A stretch of 64,000 nt of DNA from Clostridia bacterium (GCA_017625915.1 JAGAJV010000038.1:5471-69470); one strand, 5' to 3'. Shown: positions 28,066-38,570, numbered from the stretch's first letter. Numbers and translations: made by a program. Notes: generated from the letters alone by a model not told the origin.

Positions 28066-30237
28066 ATGAGTGAAAGACAAAAAAGAAAATGGCATATAAA
28101 GAGAAGTGCCAAGGATAATGATATTATTCTTGACATTTCACAAGAATTAGGTTGCTCTGAAACACTGGCTACCTTGCTAGTAAACAGAGGCTATCGAGAT
28201 TACGAAAATGCCGAAAAGTTTTTAAAGAAAAGTCAAGAGATTTTACATAATCCGTTCTTGCTTAACGACATGGATAAAGCAGTTGAACGAATTTTGACAT
28301 CTGTCGAAAATAAAGAAAAAATTACAATATATGGTGACTATGATGTGGATGGAGTAACATCTGTTAGCATATTATATTTATACCTTGAAAAGTTAGGTGC
28401 AAATGTAAGCTACTATATTCCTTGCAGAAAGGGTGAGGGATATGGTGTATCAATTGATGCTTTGACCAAGCTAAAGGAAAATGGTACTAAGCTTGTTATA
28501 ACCGTTGATACAGGCGTTACAGCTATTGAAGAAATAAAATATGCTAAAAGCTGTGGTATTGATGTTGTAGTTACCGACCACCACGAATGTACAGATGTGC
28601 TACCCGAAGCTATAGCAGTAATCAATCCTAAAAGGCACGATACTACCTATCCGTTCTCACATCTTGCTGGTGTTGGTGTTGTGTTCAAGCTTTTATGCGC
28701 GCTTGAATCTACATACCAAAAAATTGATATGTACGAGTCAACAAAAAGAATTGCTATAGGGTATTCCGATCTAACAGCTATAGGCACAATTGCAGATGTT
28801 ATGCCAGTTACTGATGAAAATAGAATAATAATTGCTTATGGCTTAAATAGAGCGGAAAAAACTGATAAAATAGGCTTAGATGTTCTTATAAAGCTATGTC
28901 GTAATGGAGATGGCAAGGTTGTAAAAACAAAATCAAAGAAAAAGCTTTCCTCTGGCTTTGTTGGATTTACAATAGCGCCAAGAATTAATGCGGCGGGAAG
29001 AATTAGCTCTGCATCAACTGCGGTTGAGCTGTTTTTATCTAAAAATGAAGCAGTTGCGGAAAAATATGCTACCGAATTATGCGAAATAAATAGAGAAAGA
29101 CAATTTACTGAGAATAAAATAGCAGAAGAAGCATATGAAATTATCGAAGAAAACGGATATTTTATGAATAGTATGATTATTCTAGATAATCCATTATGGC
29201 ATCACGGAGTTATAGGAATTGTTTCATCAAGAGTATCAGATAAATATGGAGTTCCTTCAATTTTGATTTCCTTTGAGGGGAATGAAGATCCTAACGATCC
29301 TGAGGCAATTGGTAAGGGATCAGGAAGAAGTGTTTCTGGCATGAATCTTGTTGAAGCTTTGTCCTCTTGCTCTGATTTACTAGAAAAATTTGGTGGGCAT
29401 GAGTTAGCTGCTGGTTTAACTGTAAAAAGGAAAAATTTACCATTATTAAAAGAAAGACTTGAGGAATATGCCAAGGAATGCTTTAAGGATAGCGAGCCTG
29501 AAAGATTATTAGAAATAGATAGTGAGTTGAATTCAAACCAAATATCGTTATCATTAGCACAGGAATTAACTGTGCTAGAGCCATATGGTGTTTCAAACCC
29601 GGCGCCAATTTTTTCTTGCAAAAATATGGTTATTGAGGATATAGTACCGGTAGGTATGAATAGACATCTTCGCTTAATCTTGGCAAAGGATGGAAAGCAA
29701 TTTTCAGCAATGCTATTTTCTGTATCACCAGAGGAGTTTTGGCTAAATATTTCTGACGAGGTAGATATAGCATTCAATGTTGAAACTAACGAGTTCGCAG
29801 GTAATGTAAGCTTACAAATAAGTATTAAGGACATATGTGTAAGCGAAAGAGCTAGGTCTATAGAAGAGCAAAATGAAATAATGTATATGGAAGCAAAGGA
29901 AGGAAAAAGTAAGCTTAGCGCCGAGCATATCATTCCAGAAAGAGAAGACTTTGCTTTAGTATATAATCATCTTTTAGGATGTGCACGATGTGGTCAAAAC
30001 AGCTACTCATTTTACAGATTGACTATGGATTTATGCCGTACAAGAGGAAATAATAGCTTAAACTATGTGAAAATTAAGCTTATTATCAAAGTTTTTAGAG
30101 AATTAAATATAATTTCTATAAACGAAATAGATGATACTAGCTTTAATTTTAAGCTTTCTTTTACTAAAAATAAAACCAGTCTTGATAAATCAAATATTTT
30201 GAAAAAACTAAAGAGTATGTACCAAGCGAAGAAATAA
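28066..30237 (+). CDS. recJ: Single-stranded-DNA-specific exonuclease RecJ
   Basis: DHH family motifs DYDVDGV, VDTGV, VVTDHHE; DHHA1 region; conserved position upstream of relA. Confidence 0.88.
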   Translation: MSERQKRKWHIKRSAKDNDIILDISQELGCSETLATLLVNRGYRDYENAEKFLKKSQEILHNPFLLNDMDKAVERILTSVENKEKITIYGDYDVDGVTSVSILYLYLEKLGANVSYYIPCRKGEGYGVSIDALTKLKENGTKLVITVDTGVTAIEEIKYAKSCGIDVVVTDHHECTDVLPEAIAVINPKRHDTTYPFSHLAGVGVVFKLLCALESTYQKIDMYESTKRIAIGYSDLTAIGTIADVMPVTDENRIIIAYGLNRAEKTDKIGLDVLIKLCRNGDGKVVKTKSKKKLSSGFVGFTIAPRINAAGRISSASTAVELFLSKNEAVAEKYATELCEINRERQFTENKIAEEAYEIIEENGYFMNSMIILDNPLWHHGVIGIVSSRVSDKYGVPSILISFEGNEDPNDPEAIGKGSGRSVSGMNLVEALSSCSDLLEKFGGHELAAGLTVKRKNLPLLKERLEEYAKECFKDSEPERLLEIDSELNSNQISLSLAQELTVLEPYGVSNPAPIFSCKNMVIEDIVPVGMNRHLRLILAKDGKQFSAMLFSVSPEEFWLNISDEVDIAFNVETNEFAGNVSLQISIKDICVSERARSIEEQNEIMYMEAKEGKSKLSAEHIIPEREDFALVYNHLLGCARCGQNSYSFYRLTMDLCRTRGNNSLNYVKIKLIIKVFRELNIISINEIDDTSFNFKLSFTKNKTSLDKSNILKKLKSMYQAKK

Positions 30238-30249
30238 GGAGTAGGCAAA

Positions 30250-32472
30250 ATGATTGAAGATAAATATTTAGAAATTTCCAATTTATTAGAAATTATTAAT
30301 GGAAATGGCAGAAGCTATGATATAGAAAAAATCAAATTTGCCTATTCTTATGCAAAAGAGATGCATGAGGGGCAAATGCGCCTTAGTGGAGAGCCATATA
30401 TTTCTCATCCCATTTCTGTTGCAGAAATTGTAGCTAAGCTAGGACTAGACACTGACTCTATTTGTGCCGCGTTTTTACATGATACTGTAGAGGATTGTCC
30501 CGACAAAACTAATCTTGACGAAATAACAAGATTGTTTGGATGCGATGTTGCGCTTTTGGTTGATGGCGTTACTAAAATTAAATCAATTAATATTGAGGAC
30601 AAGGAAGAGGAGCATATAGAAAATGTAAGAAGAATGCTTCTTGCAATGTCTAAGGATATTAGAGTAATATTTATAAAGCTATGTGACAGAGTTCATAATA
30701 TGCGTACTTTGTATGTAAAAAAGGACGCCAAAAGACGGAAAACAGCTCTTGAAACAATGCATATTTACGCGCCACTAGCACACCGTCTTGGTATGCAAAA
30801 GGTAAAGCAGGAGCTCGAAAATTATGCCTTACAGTATCTTGACCCAATCGGATACGAGGAGGTAAAGAAGCATATAGAAAATAAATATGGTGAAAATGTT
30901 GATTTTATAGAGCATTTAAAATCCTTTGTAACCGAAAAACTGGAAAGCACAGGCATTAGCTTTAAACTGAAGGGCCGTGTAAAAACAGTATATAGTGTAT
31001 ATCGTAAAATGTACAATCAAAACAAATCCTTTGATGAAATTTACGACTTTTATGCACTTCGTATAATTGTTGATACAGAGCTTGAATGCTATACGGTGCT
31101 AGGCTTAATTCACGAAATGTTTAAATCCATTCCCGGTAGATTTAAGGACTATATTTCAACTCCAAAGCCAAATATGTATCAATCACTTCATACTACAGTT
31201 ATTGGTAAGGACGGTATTCCGTTTGAGGTTCAAATAAGAACAAGAGAGATGCATCAAATCGCCGAATATGGTATCGCTGCGCACTGGAAATATAAAAGTG
31301 GTGAAAAAGCTTCAGCTGATATTGATAAAAAGCTTGACTGGATATCTAAGCTTATTGATACAGAAAGTGATGTAATTGACCACGAGGACTTTTTACATGC
31401 CTTTAAAATTGATATTTTCCATGATGAAACATTTGTTTTTACTCCAAAGGGAGATGTTATTGCATTGCCCTTAGGGGCAACCCTTATTGACTTTGCCTAT
31501 ACTATCCATACGGGAGTTGGAAATAAAATGGTAGGAGCCAAAATCAATGGTAGAATAGCTCCTATTGATTCGGTTCCTAAAAATGGAGATATTGTAGAGG
31601 TTATTACATCTAATGCATCAAAAGGACCAAGCAGAGATTGGCTTAACATAGTAAAAACAAGTGAAGCCAGAAATAAGATAAGACAATGGTTCAAAAAGGA
31701 AAAAAGAGCTGAAAATATTGTTGTTGGTAAGTCAATAATTGACAGGGAAATAGCTCGCTTTAGAGGCTCTATTACCGAGGATGAAAAGAATGAAATTGTC
31801 ACATCAATCGGCAAGCGTTTCGGTATGATGGAGGCAGACGACCTTTACAACGCAATTGGATATGGCGGAGTTCCTGTATCTAAGGTAGAGCCTAAGCTAA
31901 AGGCAGAATACGAAAAGCTATATGCGGAAAAGCATAAGGACGATGCTCCTGTTGTAATTGAACCTACTATTTCTACAACAAATCGCAAGCGTAAATCAAC
32001 AGGTGGAGTGTTAATTGACGGCGAAGACGGTTGTGCTGTTAAATTTGCCAGATGCTGTAATCCTCTACCTGGCGAGCATATTATAGGCTTTATTACAAAG
32101 GGATATGGAATCTCTATTCATAAGGCAGATTGTCCTAATATAAAAAATGCTTATTCCTATGAGGAAAATGCAAACAGATTTGTAAAAGCTGAGTGGGATA
32201 TTCCTACTAATGGTTCATATAAATCCGCTTACGATTCTGCTATTCAAATACTTGTTAATAACAGAATGTCATTACTTGCTGAAATTACAGCAGCATTATC
32301 TGAAATGAAGGTAGATATTGTAGCTATAAGCACAAAAAACATCGAGGATACTACACTTATGAACATGACTATTTCTTGTAAGGATATAGGCCACTTTAAT
32401 GCGATTTTATCTCGTATAAGAAGCATAAAGGATGTAATAAGAGTTACAAGAGTAGTAAGCGCATCAAAATAA
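30250..32472 (+). CDS. relA: Bifunctional (p)ppGpp synthetase/hydrolase
   Basis: HD domain (HDTVED), synthetase motif (GRVKTVYSVYRKM), TGS and ACT regions, 740 aa. Confidence 0.92.
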   Translation: MIEDKYLEISNLLEIINGNGRSYDIEKIKFAYSYAKEMHEGQMRLSGEPYISHPISVAEIVAKLGLDTDSICAAFLHDTVEDCPDKTNLDEITRLFGCDVALLVDGVTKIKSINIEDKEEEHIENVRRMLLAMSKDIRVIFIKLCDRVHNMRTLYVKKDAKRRKTALETMHIYAPLAHRLGMQKVKQELENYALQYLDPIGYEEVKKHIENKYGENVDFIEHLKSFVTEKLESTGISFKLKGRVKTVYSVYRKMYNQNKSFDEIYDFYALRIIVDTELECYTVLGLIHEMFKSIPGRFKDYISTPKPNMYQSLHTTVIGKDGIPFEVQIRTREMHQIAEYGIAAHWKYKSGEKASADIDKKLDWISKLIDTESDVIDHEDFLHAFKIDIFHDETFVFTPKGDVIALPLGATLIDFAYTIHTGVGNKMVGAKINGRIAPIDSVPKNGDIVEVITSNASKGPSRDWLNIVKTSEARNKIRQWFKKEKRAENIVVGKSIIDREIARFRGSITEDEKNEIVTSIGKRFGMMEADDLYNAIGYGGVPVSKVEPKLKAEYEKLYAEKHKDDAPVVIEPTISTTNRKRKSTGGVLIDGEDGCAVKFARCCNPLPGEHIIGFITKGYGISIHKADCPNIKNAYSYEENANRFVKAEWDIPTNGSYKSAYDSAIQILVNNRMSLLAEITAALSEMKVDIVAISTKNIEDTTLMNMTISCKDIGHFNAILSRIRSIKDVIRVTRVVSASK

Positions 32473-32492
32473 ATTAAGGAGTGTCATACAAG

Positions 32493-33911
32493 GTGAAGCT
32501 GATATTAAATGGTAGAATCAATAGAACATATGTACAAACACTTTGTATGATGTTCTTTCGAGGCGAAAAATTTCCAGAGAATGAAGAAAATTCATCCAGA
32601 ATTTTAACGGTAACAACGATTGATACAGATGATGGTATTAATTGTGAGTGTGAGCTTTGCGTAAATAACAAAACTGTGAGGGAAAGCTCTTTCGTTCCAT
32701 TTTCTCAATCAGAAAAATATGAACGAAGCTCTAAATCGGCCGTCGGCATCGCTGTTTATAATGCTGGTGTAAAATTAACTGGAAGAAATATTCCATGGGG
32801 AATATTAACAGGTATAAGACCATCTAAGGTTGCCTACGAGCTTCTTAGTAAAAACACCGAGGAAAATGCAAAATTAATTTTACAAAATAGATACTTGCTA
32901 AGTGAGAATAAGGCTAATCTAGCTATTCGAGTGGCAAAAAATGAGGGCGAAATATTAAAAATTAGCGATAATAATACGTGCAGCTTATATATTTCGATCC
33001 CGTTTTGCCCATCTAGATGTAGCTATTGTTCATTTATTTCGTATGCTACTCCCAAGCTATTTGAGCTTATTCCTAGTTACATAGATAAGCTAGTAAAGGA
33101 AATCACTAGTACTCTAGAAAGCATTAAAAATCAAGGCTTAAAGCTACTGTCAATATATATCGGTGGAGGCACTCCAACCGTATTAAGTGAAGGCCAGCTT
33201 GAAGAAATTTTAAAAGCAATACATAATTCAATAGATGTTGACGAATTAATTGAGTTTACATTAGAGGGTGGACGACCTGATACTATTACTGACAAGAAGC
33301 TAGAAATTGCTAAAAAATATGGTGTTAATAGAATTAGTGTAAATCCACAAACATTAAATGATGATGTTTTAAAAGCCATAGGCAGACATCATACAGTAAA
33401 TGATTTTTTTGAAGCATATGAAAGAGTGCAAAATAGTGGCATTAATTTTATAAATACTGATTTAATTGCAGGGCTAGAAAACGATAGCTTTGATAGCTTT
33501 AAAAATACCATTGATAAAATAATTGCTTTAGCGCCCGACAATATTACAGTACATTCGTTTTCGGTAAAAAAGTCTGCTCAGATTTTAAGGGATAATGCAG
33601 AGATTTATGGAAATGAAGCAGATTATGCTGTAAAAAGCGTAGATTATGCATACAAGGCTTTAACCGAAAATGGTTATGAGCCGTATTATATGTACAGACA
33701 GAAAAATACAGTATGCGATCTTGAAAATGTAGGATATGCCAAAAAAGGCACATTTGGCATATACAATGTTTTAATGATGTCAGACTGTCACACTGTATTT
33801 GGTGTTGGTGCTGGAGCAACGACAAAAATAGTAAAAAACATAGATGGAAATTTAGAAATAAAAAGAATATTTTCACATAAATATCCATATGAATATTTGC
33901 AGGACAACTAA
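32493..33911 (+). CDS. HemZ/HemN-like radical SAM protein
   Basis: CPSRCSYCSF radical SAM cluster motif, HemN-like length. I prefer GTG 32493 (AAGGAG 11 nt upstream) over track 32481. Confidence 0.75.
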   Translation: MKLILNGRINRTYVQTLCMMFFRGEKFPENEENSSRILTVTTIDTDDGINCECELCVNNKTVRESSFVPFSQSEKYERSSKSAVGIAVYNAGVKLTGRNIPWGILTGIRPSKVAYELLSKNTEENAKLILQNRYLLSENKANLAIRVAKNEGEILKISDNNTCSLYISIPFCPSRCSYCSFISYATPKLFELIPSYIDKLVKEITSTLESIKNQGLKLLSIYIGGGTPTVLSEGQLEEILKAIHNSIDVDELIEFTLEGGRPDTITDKKLEIAKKYGVNRISVNPQTLNDDVLKAIGRHHTVNDFFEAYERVQNSGINFINTDLIAGLENDSFDSFKNTIDKIIALAPDNITVHSFSVKKSAQILRDNAEIYGNEADYAVKSVDYAYKALTENGYEPYYMYRQKNTVCDLENVGYAKKGTFGIYNVLMMSDCHTVFGVGAGATTKIVKNIDGNLEIKRIFSHKYPYEYLQDN

Positions 33912-33936
33912 TTTGTCTTGAGAAAGGAGGCATAGG

Positions 33937-34839
33937 TTGAAAACTTTAAATATAAAATTTAATAGCGAACAGGAGAAAATCGCTTTTGTAAATGAATGTG
34001 AAAGAGATTTTGAGCACAGACTAGATGAAGTAAGTAAAAAAGCTATTTCAAGTAATGTAACAATTTTACTTTTATCTGGACCGACCTGTGCTGGCAAAAC
34101 AACGACTGCGAATAAAATTATTCATGATTTCCACGAATGTGGTAAAAATGTCACAATTATCTCTCTTGATGATTTTTTTAAAGAAAGAACTGATGGCAGA
34201 GAGGTAAGAGAAGACGAGAAAATAGATTATGACTCTGTTGATGTGCTTGATTTGGAGCTTTTATCAGATTGTATTAAGCATTTAAGAACTGGAAATACTA
34301 TAAAAGTTCCAATTTTTGATTTTCTTTCACAAAAGAGAGTTGGCTTTAATGAGCACAAAATTGATAGTGATGAAATAATAATTTTTGAGGGAATACAGGC
34401 TGTATATCCTGAAATTACTTCACTATTTGATACTGAATATAAGGGAATTTTCATTAATGTTAATGAAGATATATGTATAAATGGTGAATATTTTACAAAA
34501 AATGAAATTAGATTAATTCGTCGTCTAGTAAGGGATAGAAAATTCAGAGGCGCAACTGCCGAGTTCACATTTTATTTATGGGAAACTGTAAGAGAAAATG
34601 AAGAAAAAAACATATTTCCTAATAAAGACATATGCGAAATACAAATCGACTCATTTATGGGATACGAGCTGTTTTTAATGAAAAACTATCTAATTAATAC
34701 GCTTTTTGAAATTGATAAAGAAAGTAAGTATTATGAAAAGGCTATGAAGCTTTTAAACAAGCTTAGCCATTTAGACGAAATAGATTATGAATATATTCCT
34801 AAGGGCTCATTATATACGGAGTTTTTAGGCAAAAAATAA
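33937..34839 (+). CDS. Uridine kinase/PRK-family nucleoside kinase-like protein
   Basis: LSGPTCAGKTT P-loop; TTG start after GAAAGGAGG. Confidence 0.65.
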   Translation: MKTLNIKFNSEQEKIAFVNECERDFEHRLDEVSKKAISSNVTILLLSGPTCAGKTTTANKIIHDFHECGKNVTIISLDDFFKERTDGREVREDEKIDYDSVDVLDLELLSDCIKHLRTGNTIKVPIFDFLSQKRVGFNEHKIDSDEIIIFEGIQAVYPEITSLFDTEYKGIFINVNEDICINGEYFTKNEIRLIRRLVRDRKFRGATAEFTFYLWETVRENEEKNIFPNKDICEIQIDSFMGYELFLMKNYLINTLFEIDKESKYYEKAMKLLNKLSHLDEIDYEYIPKGSLYTEFLGKK

Positions 34840-34853
34840 CGCGAGGAAGCATT

Positions 34854-36497
34854 TTGGATACAAACAAGCGAAAAGCATCACCTAAAAGTGCCATTGGTAT
34901 GTTTTTTTCTGGTGTATTTGTGTTAACGCTAGCGAATATACTTGTAAAAGCCGTTGGTCTAGTGTCAAAAATAGTTTTGAATCGTGTAGTTGGAAGCGTT
35001 GGCGCGGGATATTATAGCTCTGCATATGAAATATATGCATATTTATATGTAATTTCTACATCTGGCTTGCCTGTTGCACTTTCAATAATGGTTTCAAAAA
35101 GTCGTGCAAAAGGGCGTTTTAAGGAAGCAAAAAAAATATTTGAAGTTGCATTTATTGTACTTTTAATAATTGGCGTTGTGTTTTCTATACTGATGATTTT
35201 CTTTGCAAAACAAATAGCCAGCTTTATTGGTGCAGAACAAACAGCTTTATGCATTATATCTATTGCACCAACCATGTTATTTATATGCTTATCAAGCTGC
35301 ATTAGAGGATATTTTCAAGGATATCAGCTAATGAAACCAACGGCAGTGTCACAGTTAATTGAGGCTTGCGCAAAGGTTGGTGTGGGAGTTATATTTGCAC
35401 TTTGGGCAAAGGCTGAGGGCTATCCTGATTATATAGTAGCTGCATTTACTATTTTAGGTGTAACTGTAGGTGTTTTGCTTGGTATGGCTTATCTCTATAT
35501 TAAAAAGCTATTTTTTAAGGAAAAAAGCTATAATTTTGAGCATTTAGAGTTTGAAGTAGAAGAGACTAAAAGCACAAAGCAAATACTAAAAGAGCTTTTT
35601 GTTATTGCTATACCGATAACACTTAGTTCATCAGTTTTGTCACTAACGACTATAATTGATACAATTATGGTTCAAAATAGGCTCTTATCATATGGTATGA
35701 GCGAAATGTCTGTTAGAATATATTATGGTGACTATACATCGCTAGTTATATCGATGTTTAATATGCCTACGATTTTATTTTATCCGATTGCAAATGCGTT
35801 AGTGCCATTAATTTCTGCAACAAGAGAAAAGGGAGATAAGCAAAAAAGTGAGGAAATAAGGTCGCTGAGCCTAAGAATTATTACCTTAATTGCTGTACCT
35901 TGTGCGGTTGGTTTAGGGGTATTTTCATATCCTATACTTGACTTGCTTATGTTCAAGCAGGATTCTGTATCTAGAGCTGCGCCGTGGCTATCAATAGCGG
36001 CGGTATCAGTAGTGTTTTTAGGTATTATTGCGACAACAAACGCTTTTCTAAACACCGCAGGAAAACAAAGGCTACCGATAATATCGATGCTAATAGGTGC
36101 GACAGCTAAATTAACTACAAATTATTTTTTACTTGGGAAAATAGGCATATATGGTGCACCAATAAGTACAGTTATATGTTATTTGTTTGCTGCTTCATTT
36201 AATATCTATTTTACTGTAAAACATGTAGGAAAGCTGCCTAATATAAAGAAAATTTTTGGTTTGCCAATATTGTCTGCGACTCTTTCTATTGGCGCATCAG
36301 CTTTAGTATATTTATTACTTATTAATCTGTTACCAATAAAAATTTCTACAGTAATATCTATCGCTTTAGCAGTGATTTTATACCTAATAATATCTTTAAA
36401 GCTAAAAAGCATAAATTATGATGATATATCAATGTTGCCAAATAATGAGAAAATTTTTAAAATATTAAATAAAGTAGGATTTTTTGTAAGGAAATAG
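34854..36497 (+). CDS. MOP-superfamily flippase (MurJ/YabM/SpoVB-like)
   Basis: About 14 TM segments, 547 aa; TTG start after GAGGAA; synteny with yabO-yabP-yabQ as for B. subtilis yabM. Confidence 0.75.
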   Translation: MDTNKRKASPKSAIGMFFSGVFVLTLANILVKAVGLVSKIVLNRVVGSVGAGYYSSAYEIYAYLYVISTSGLPVALSIMVSKSRAKGRFKEAKKIFEVAFIVLLIIGVVFSILMIFFAKQIASFIGAEQTALCIISIAPTMLFICLSSCIRGYFQGYQLMKPTAVSQLIEACAKVGVGVIFALWAKAEGYPDYIVAAFTILGVTVGVLLGMAYLYIKKLFFKEKSYNFEHLEFEVEETKSTKQILKELFVIAIPITLSSSVLSLTTIIDTIMVQNRLLSYGMSEMSVRIYYGDYTSLVISMFNMPTILFYPIANALVPLISATREKGDKQKSEEIRSLSLRIITLIAVPCAVGLGVFSYPILDLLMFKQDSVSRAAPWLSIAAVSVVFLGIIATTNAFLNTAGKQRLPIISMLIGATAKLTTNYFLLGKIGIYGAPISTVICYLFAASFNIYFTVKHVGKLPNIKKIFGLPILSATLSIGASALVYLLLINLLPIKISTVISIALAVILYLIISLKLKSINYDDISMLPNNEKIFKILNKVGFFVRK

Positions 36498-36559
36498 TAC
36501 AAAATAGATAAAAATTTAAATATTAATACAAAAAAATTGTAAAAAAATTCAATAAATAC

Positions 36560-36588
36560 TTGCAATAAAGAGTATTTAATGATATAAT
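36560..36588 (+). promoter_or_regulatory. hup promoter
   Basis: TTGCAA (36560-36565), 17-nt spacer ending in TGA, TATAAT (36583-36588). Confidence 0.6.
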
Positions 36589-36642
36589 AAATTTACAGAA
36601 ACCGAATCTTATTTCGGAATAAAACTAAGGAGAACAAAACCA

Positions 36643-36918
36643 ATGAACAAGACAGAACTTATCGAAGTAGTTTCAAACGAAACAAATCTCAAGAAGAAGG
36701 ACGCTGAGGCAGCAGTAAACGCAGTTCTCGAAGCTTTTGAAAAAGCACTTGTTGAAGGAGATAAAATCCAACTAATCGGATTCGGTACATTCGATGTAAA
36801 AGAGAAGGCGGCTAGAGAAGGTCGTAACCCAGCTACAGGCGAAGTTATCCAAATCGAAGCTTCTAAGCAGGTTAGATTCACAGCTGGTAAGACTCTTAAG
36901 AACAAAGTTAACGCGTAA
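36643..36918 (+). CDS. hup: DNA-binding protein HU
   Basis: MNKTELIEVV...GFGTFDVKEKAAREGRNPATGE...; 91 aa. Confidence 0.93.
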   Translation: MNKTELIEVVSNETNLKKKDAEAAVNAVLEAFEKALVEGDKIQLIGFGTFDVKEKAAREGRNPATGEVIQIEASKQVRFTAGKTLKNKVNA

Positions 36919-36929
36919 ATTTTTGCAGG

Positions 36930-36958
36930 CCTGCGTATCGTAAGATGCGCAGGTTTTC
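36930..36958 (+). terminator. Intrinsic terminator after hup
   Basis: CCTGCGTATC-gtaa-GATGCGCAGG followed by TTTT. Confidence 0.75.
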
Positions 36959-36975
36959 AGTTTTAGTAGGTAAAT

Positions 36976-37221
36976 ATGAGAATTGATAAATTTTTAAAAA
37001 TATCCCGAATTATTAAAAGACGCACTGTAGCCAATGATGCTTGTGATGCGTCGCATGTTAGTGTAAACGGAAGAACCGTTAAAGCCTCATATGATGTAAA
37101 AGAAGGCGATATCGTTGAAATAACCTTTGGCGAAAAAAAGTTAAAGATAAAAGTGCTTGATGTGCGTGATATTGTAAGAAAAAATGATGCTACAAGCTTA
37201 TATGAGGTAGTGACCGAGTAA
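36976..37221 (+). CDS. rqcP: S4-domain RNA-binding protein (YabO/RqcP-like)
   Basis: MRIDKFLKISRIIKRRTVA...VNGRTVKASYDVKEGD; 81 aa; immediately upstream of yabP-yabQ as in B. subtilis. Confidence 0.7.
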   Translation: MRIDKFLKISRIIKRRTVANDACDASHVSVNGRTVKASYDVKEGDIVEITFGEKKLKIKVLDVRDIVRKNDATSLYEVVTE

Positions 37222-37239
37222 TATTTTCGGTCACTTTTT
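37210..37239 (+). terminator. Hairpin plus T-run overlapping the rqcP stop
   Basis: GTGACCGA...TCGGTCAC followed by TTTTT. Confidence 0.65.
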
Positions 37240-37274
37240 CATATTCTTATTTTAGTAGAAATAGGGGGGCATTT

Positions 37275-37553
37275 ATGATAGATAATATTAAAGAGTTTAA
37301 GCACGATGCAATAATCAAATCAAGAAAAAGATTAGAGATGAGTGGAATAAATGATGTTTCAAGCTTTGATGATACAGAAATATTAGTACAAACAGATGGC
37401 TCGGGAATTTCAATTGAGGGCGAGGGACTTAAAATTGAAAGATTTGATGCAGAAAATGGAGAGCTTATAGTAAATGGCTTGATAAATGGTATATTTTATT
37501 TTGTTAAGGATGTAACTAAAAAGAAAAAGTCTATAACTAATTTATTTAAATAA
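37275..37553 (+). CDS. yabP: Sporulation protein YabP
   Basis: YabP-like sequence (LEMSGINDVSSFDDTEILVQT...GEGLKIERFD), 92 aa, followed by yabQ. Confidence 0.85.
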   Translation: MIDNIKEFKHDAIIKSRKRLEMSGINDVSSFDDTEILVQTDGSGISIEGEGLKIERFDAENGELIVNGLINGIFYFVKDVTKKKKSITNLFK

Positions 37554-37562
37554 GAGGAATAA

Positions 37563-38150
37563 ATGGAGATTTCTATAAAATATCAGCTTATAACTGCATT
37601 ACTATCAGTATTTATTGGTGTATTTATTGGCTTGATATATGATGCTTTTAAAATTTTTAGAATTTTATCGGGATTAGAATTTTCAAGTAAGCTACAAAAA
37701 AGAATAGAGACAATAAAATTGCCCATTATTAAAGGCTTGAAAATAAAAAATACCAAATTTAGCAATATAAAAAGAAAAATTTTATATGTATTATGGGATT
37801 TACTATTTTTTGTGGTGATAACGCCGATAATGCAAGTTTTTATTTATGCAACATCAAGTGGTGTTGTACGGTGGTATATCATTTTAGGAGCATTTTTAGG
37901 GTTTATTATTTATTATTTCACTGTTAGCAAAATCGTATCAATAGTATATGAATATACTTTGTTGGTGCTTAAAATAATATTTTCATATATAACTTATTTC
38001 ATAAGATTACCATTTAATAAATTAATTTTAGTATTAAAAATAAAATTGAAAAAGCATAAGGAAAAGCTAGCAAACAAAAAAACATCAAAGGAAAAGAAAA
38101 CGAATACGGGTATGCGACAAAAAATAGTATCATATGGTAAATGCAAATAA
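37563..38150 (+). CDS. yabQ: Spore cortex biosynthesis protein YabQ
   Basis: Multi-TM protein directly after yabP, with a basic C-terminal tail. Confidence 0.75.
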   Translation: MEISIKYQLITALLSVFIGVFIGLIYDAFKIFRILSGLEFSSKLQKRIETIKLPIIKGLKIKNTKFSNIKRKILYVLWDLLFFVVITPIMQVFIYATSSGVVRWYIILGAFLGFIIYYFTVSKIVSIVYEYTLLVLKIIFSYITYFIRLPFNKLILVLKIKLKKHKEKLANKKTSKEKKTNTGMRQKIVSYGKCK

Positions 38151-38187
38151 AAAATCACCATTTATGCTTAGCAAAAATGGTGATTTT
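38151..38187. terminator. Bidirectional terminator between yabQ and the DUF1540 gene
   Basis: AAAATCACCATTT...AAATGGTGATTTT 13-bp stem flanked by A-run and T-run. Confidence 0.8.
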
Positions 38188-38245
38188 CTTCACGGACAAT
38201 TCATGAATAAACAAAAATTCATGATACCGCAGCAACAGAAAAGTC

Positions 38246-38437
38246 TTAGTGACAGCCTTTATCTGAGCAGTTACGACCTAGAACAAAAGATTCACAGTCC
38301 ACACACTGAGAAACAGTGGGATTACATTCATGAGTACCAATGCTAACAGTATCTAAAACACAATAGTTTGTGTCCTTTGCATGGTTAGCGCATGAAACAA
38401 CAGTACATTTAATACAATGGTTTGGTTGCTTATTCAT
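38246..38437 (-). CDS. DUF1540 Cys-rich protein
   Basis: Duplicated C.V..C..H......C motif (IKCTVVSCANHAKDTNYC / VSQCVDCESF); 63 aa; SD GGAG. Confidence 0.75.
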   Translation of the reverse strand: MNKQPNHCIKCTVVSCANHAKDTNYCVLDTVSIGTHECNPTVSQCVDCESFVLGRNCSDKGCH

Positions 38438-38527
38438 AAAACACTCCGAAAATGAATTTGAAATCTTTCGATTTCATAATATATAATGCCCATATAATTA
38501 AAAAATATTCAAAATTAAAAAATTAAT

Positions 38528-38556
38528 ATTGACTAAATTGATTATTTATGGTATAC
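38528..38556 (+). promoter_or_regulatory. Promoter of tRNA-Pro
   Basis: TTGACT (38528-38533), 17-nt spacer ending in TGG, TATACT (38551-38556); the tRNA 5' end is 15 nt downstream. Confidence 0.65.
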
Positions 38557-38570
38557 TTAATAGGCAAAAA

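Noticed and set aside
29202-29933. 243-aa minus-strand ORF inside recJ
   Set aside because: It is fully antisense to a well-supported recJ frame. Its Ser/Leu-rich, low-information composition is typical of the complement of coding sequence, and it has no SD.
28066-30237. DHH/DHHA1 protein next to cdaA as a c-di-AMP phosphodiesterase (GdpP/DhhP-like)
   Set aside because: Its length, the DYDVDGV/DHH motif set, the C-terminal extension and the conserved recJ-relA synteny all fit RecJ. There are no GdpP-type TM, PAS or GGDEF regions.
38134-38346. 70-aa plus-strand ORF after yabQ
   Set aside because: It overlaps the yabQ stop, runs straight through a 13-bp-stem terminator, and is antisense to the Cys-rich DUF1540 gene, which has a proper SD.
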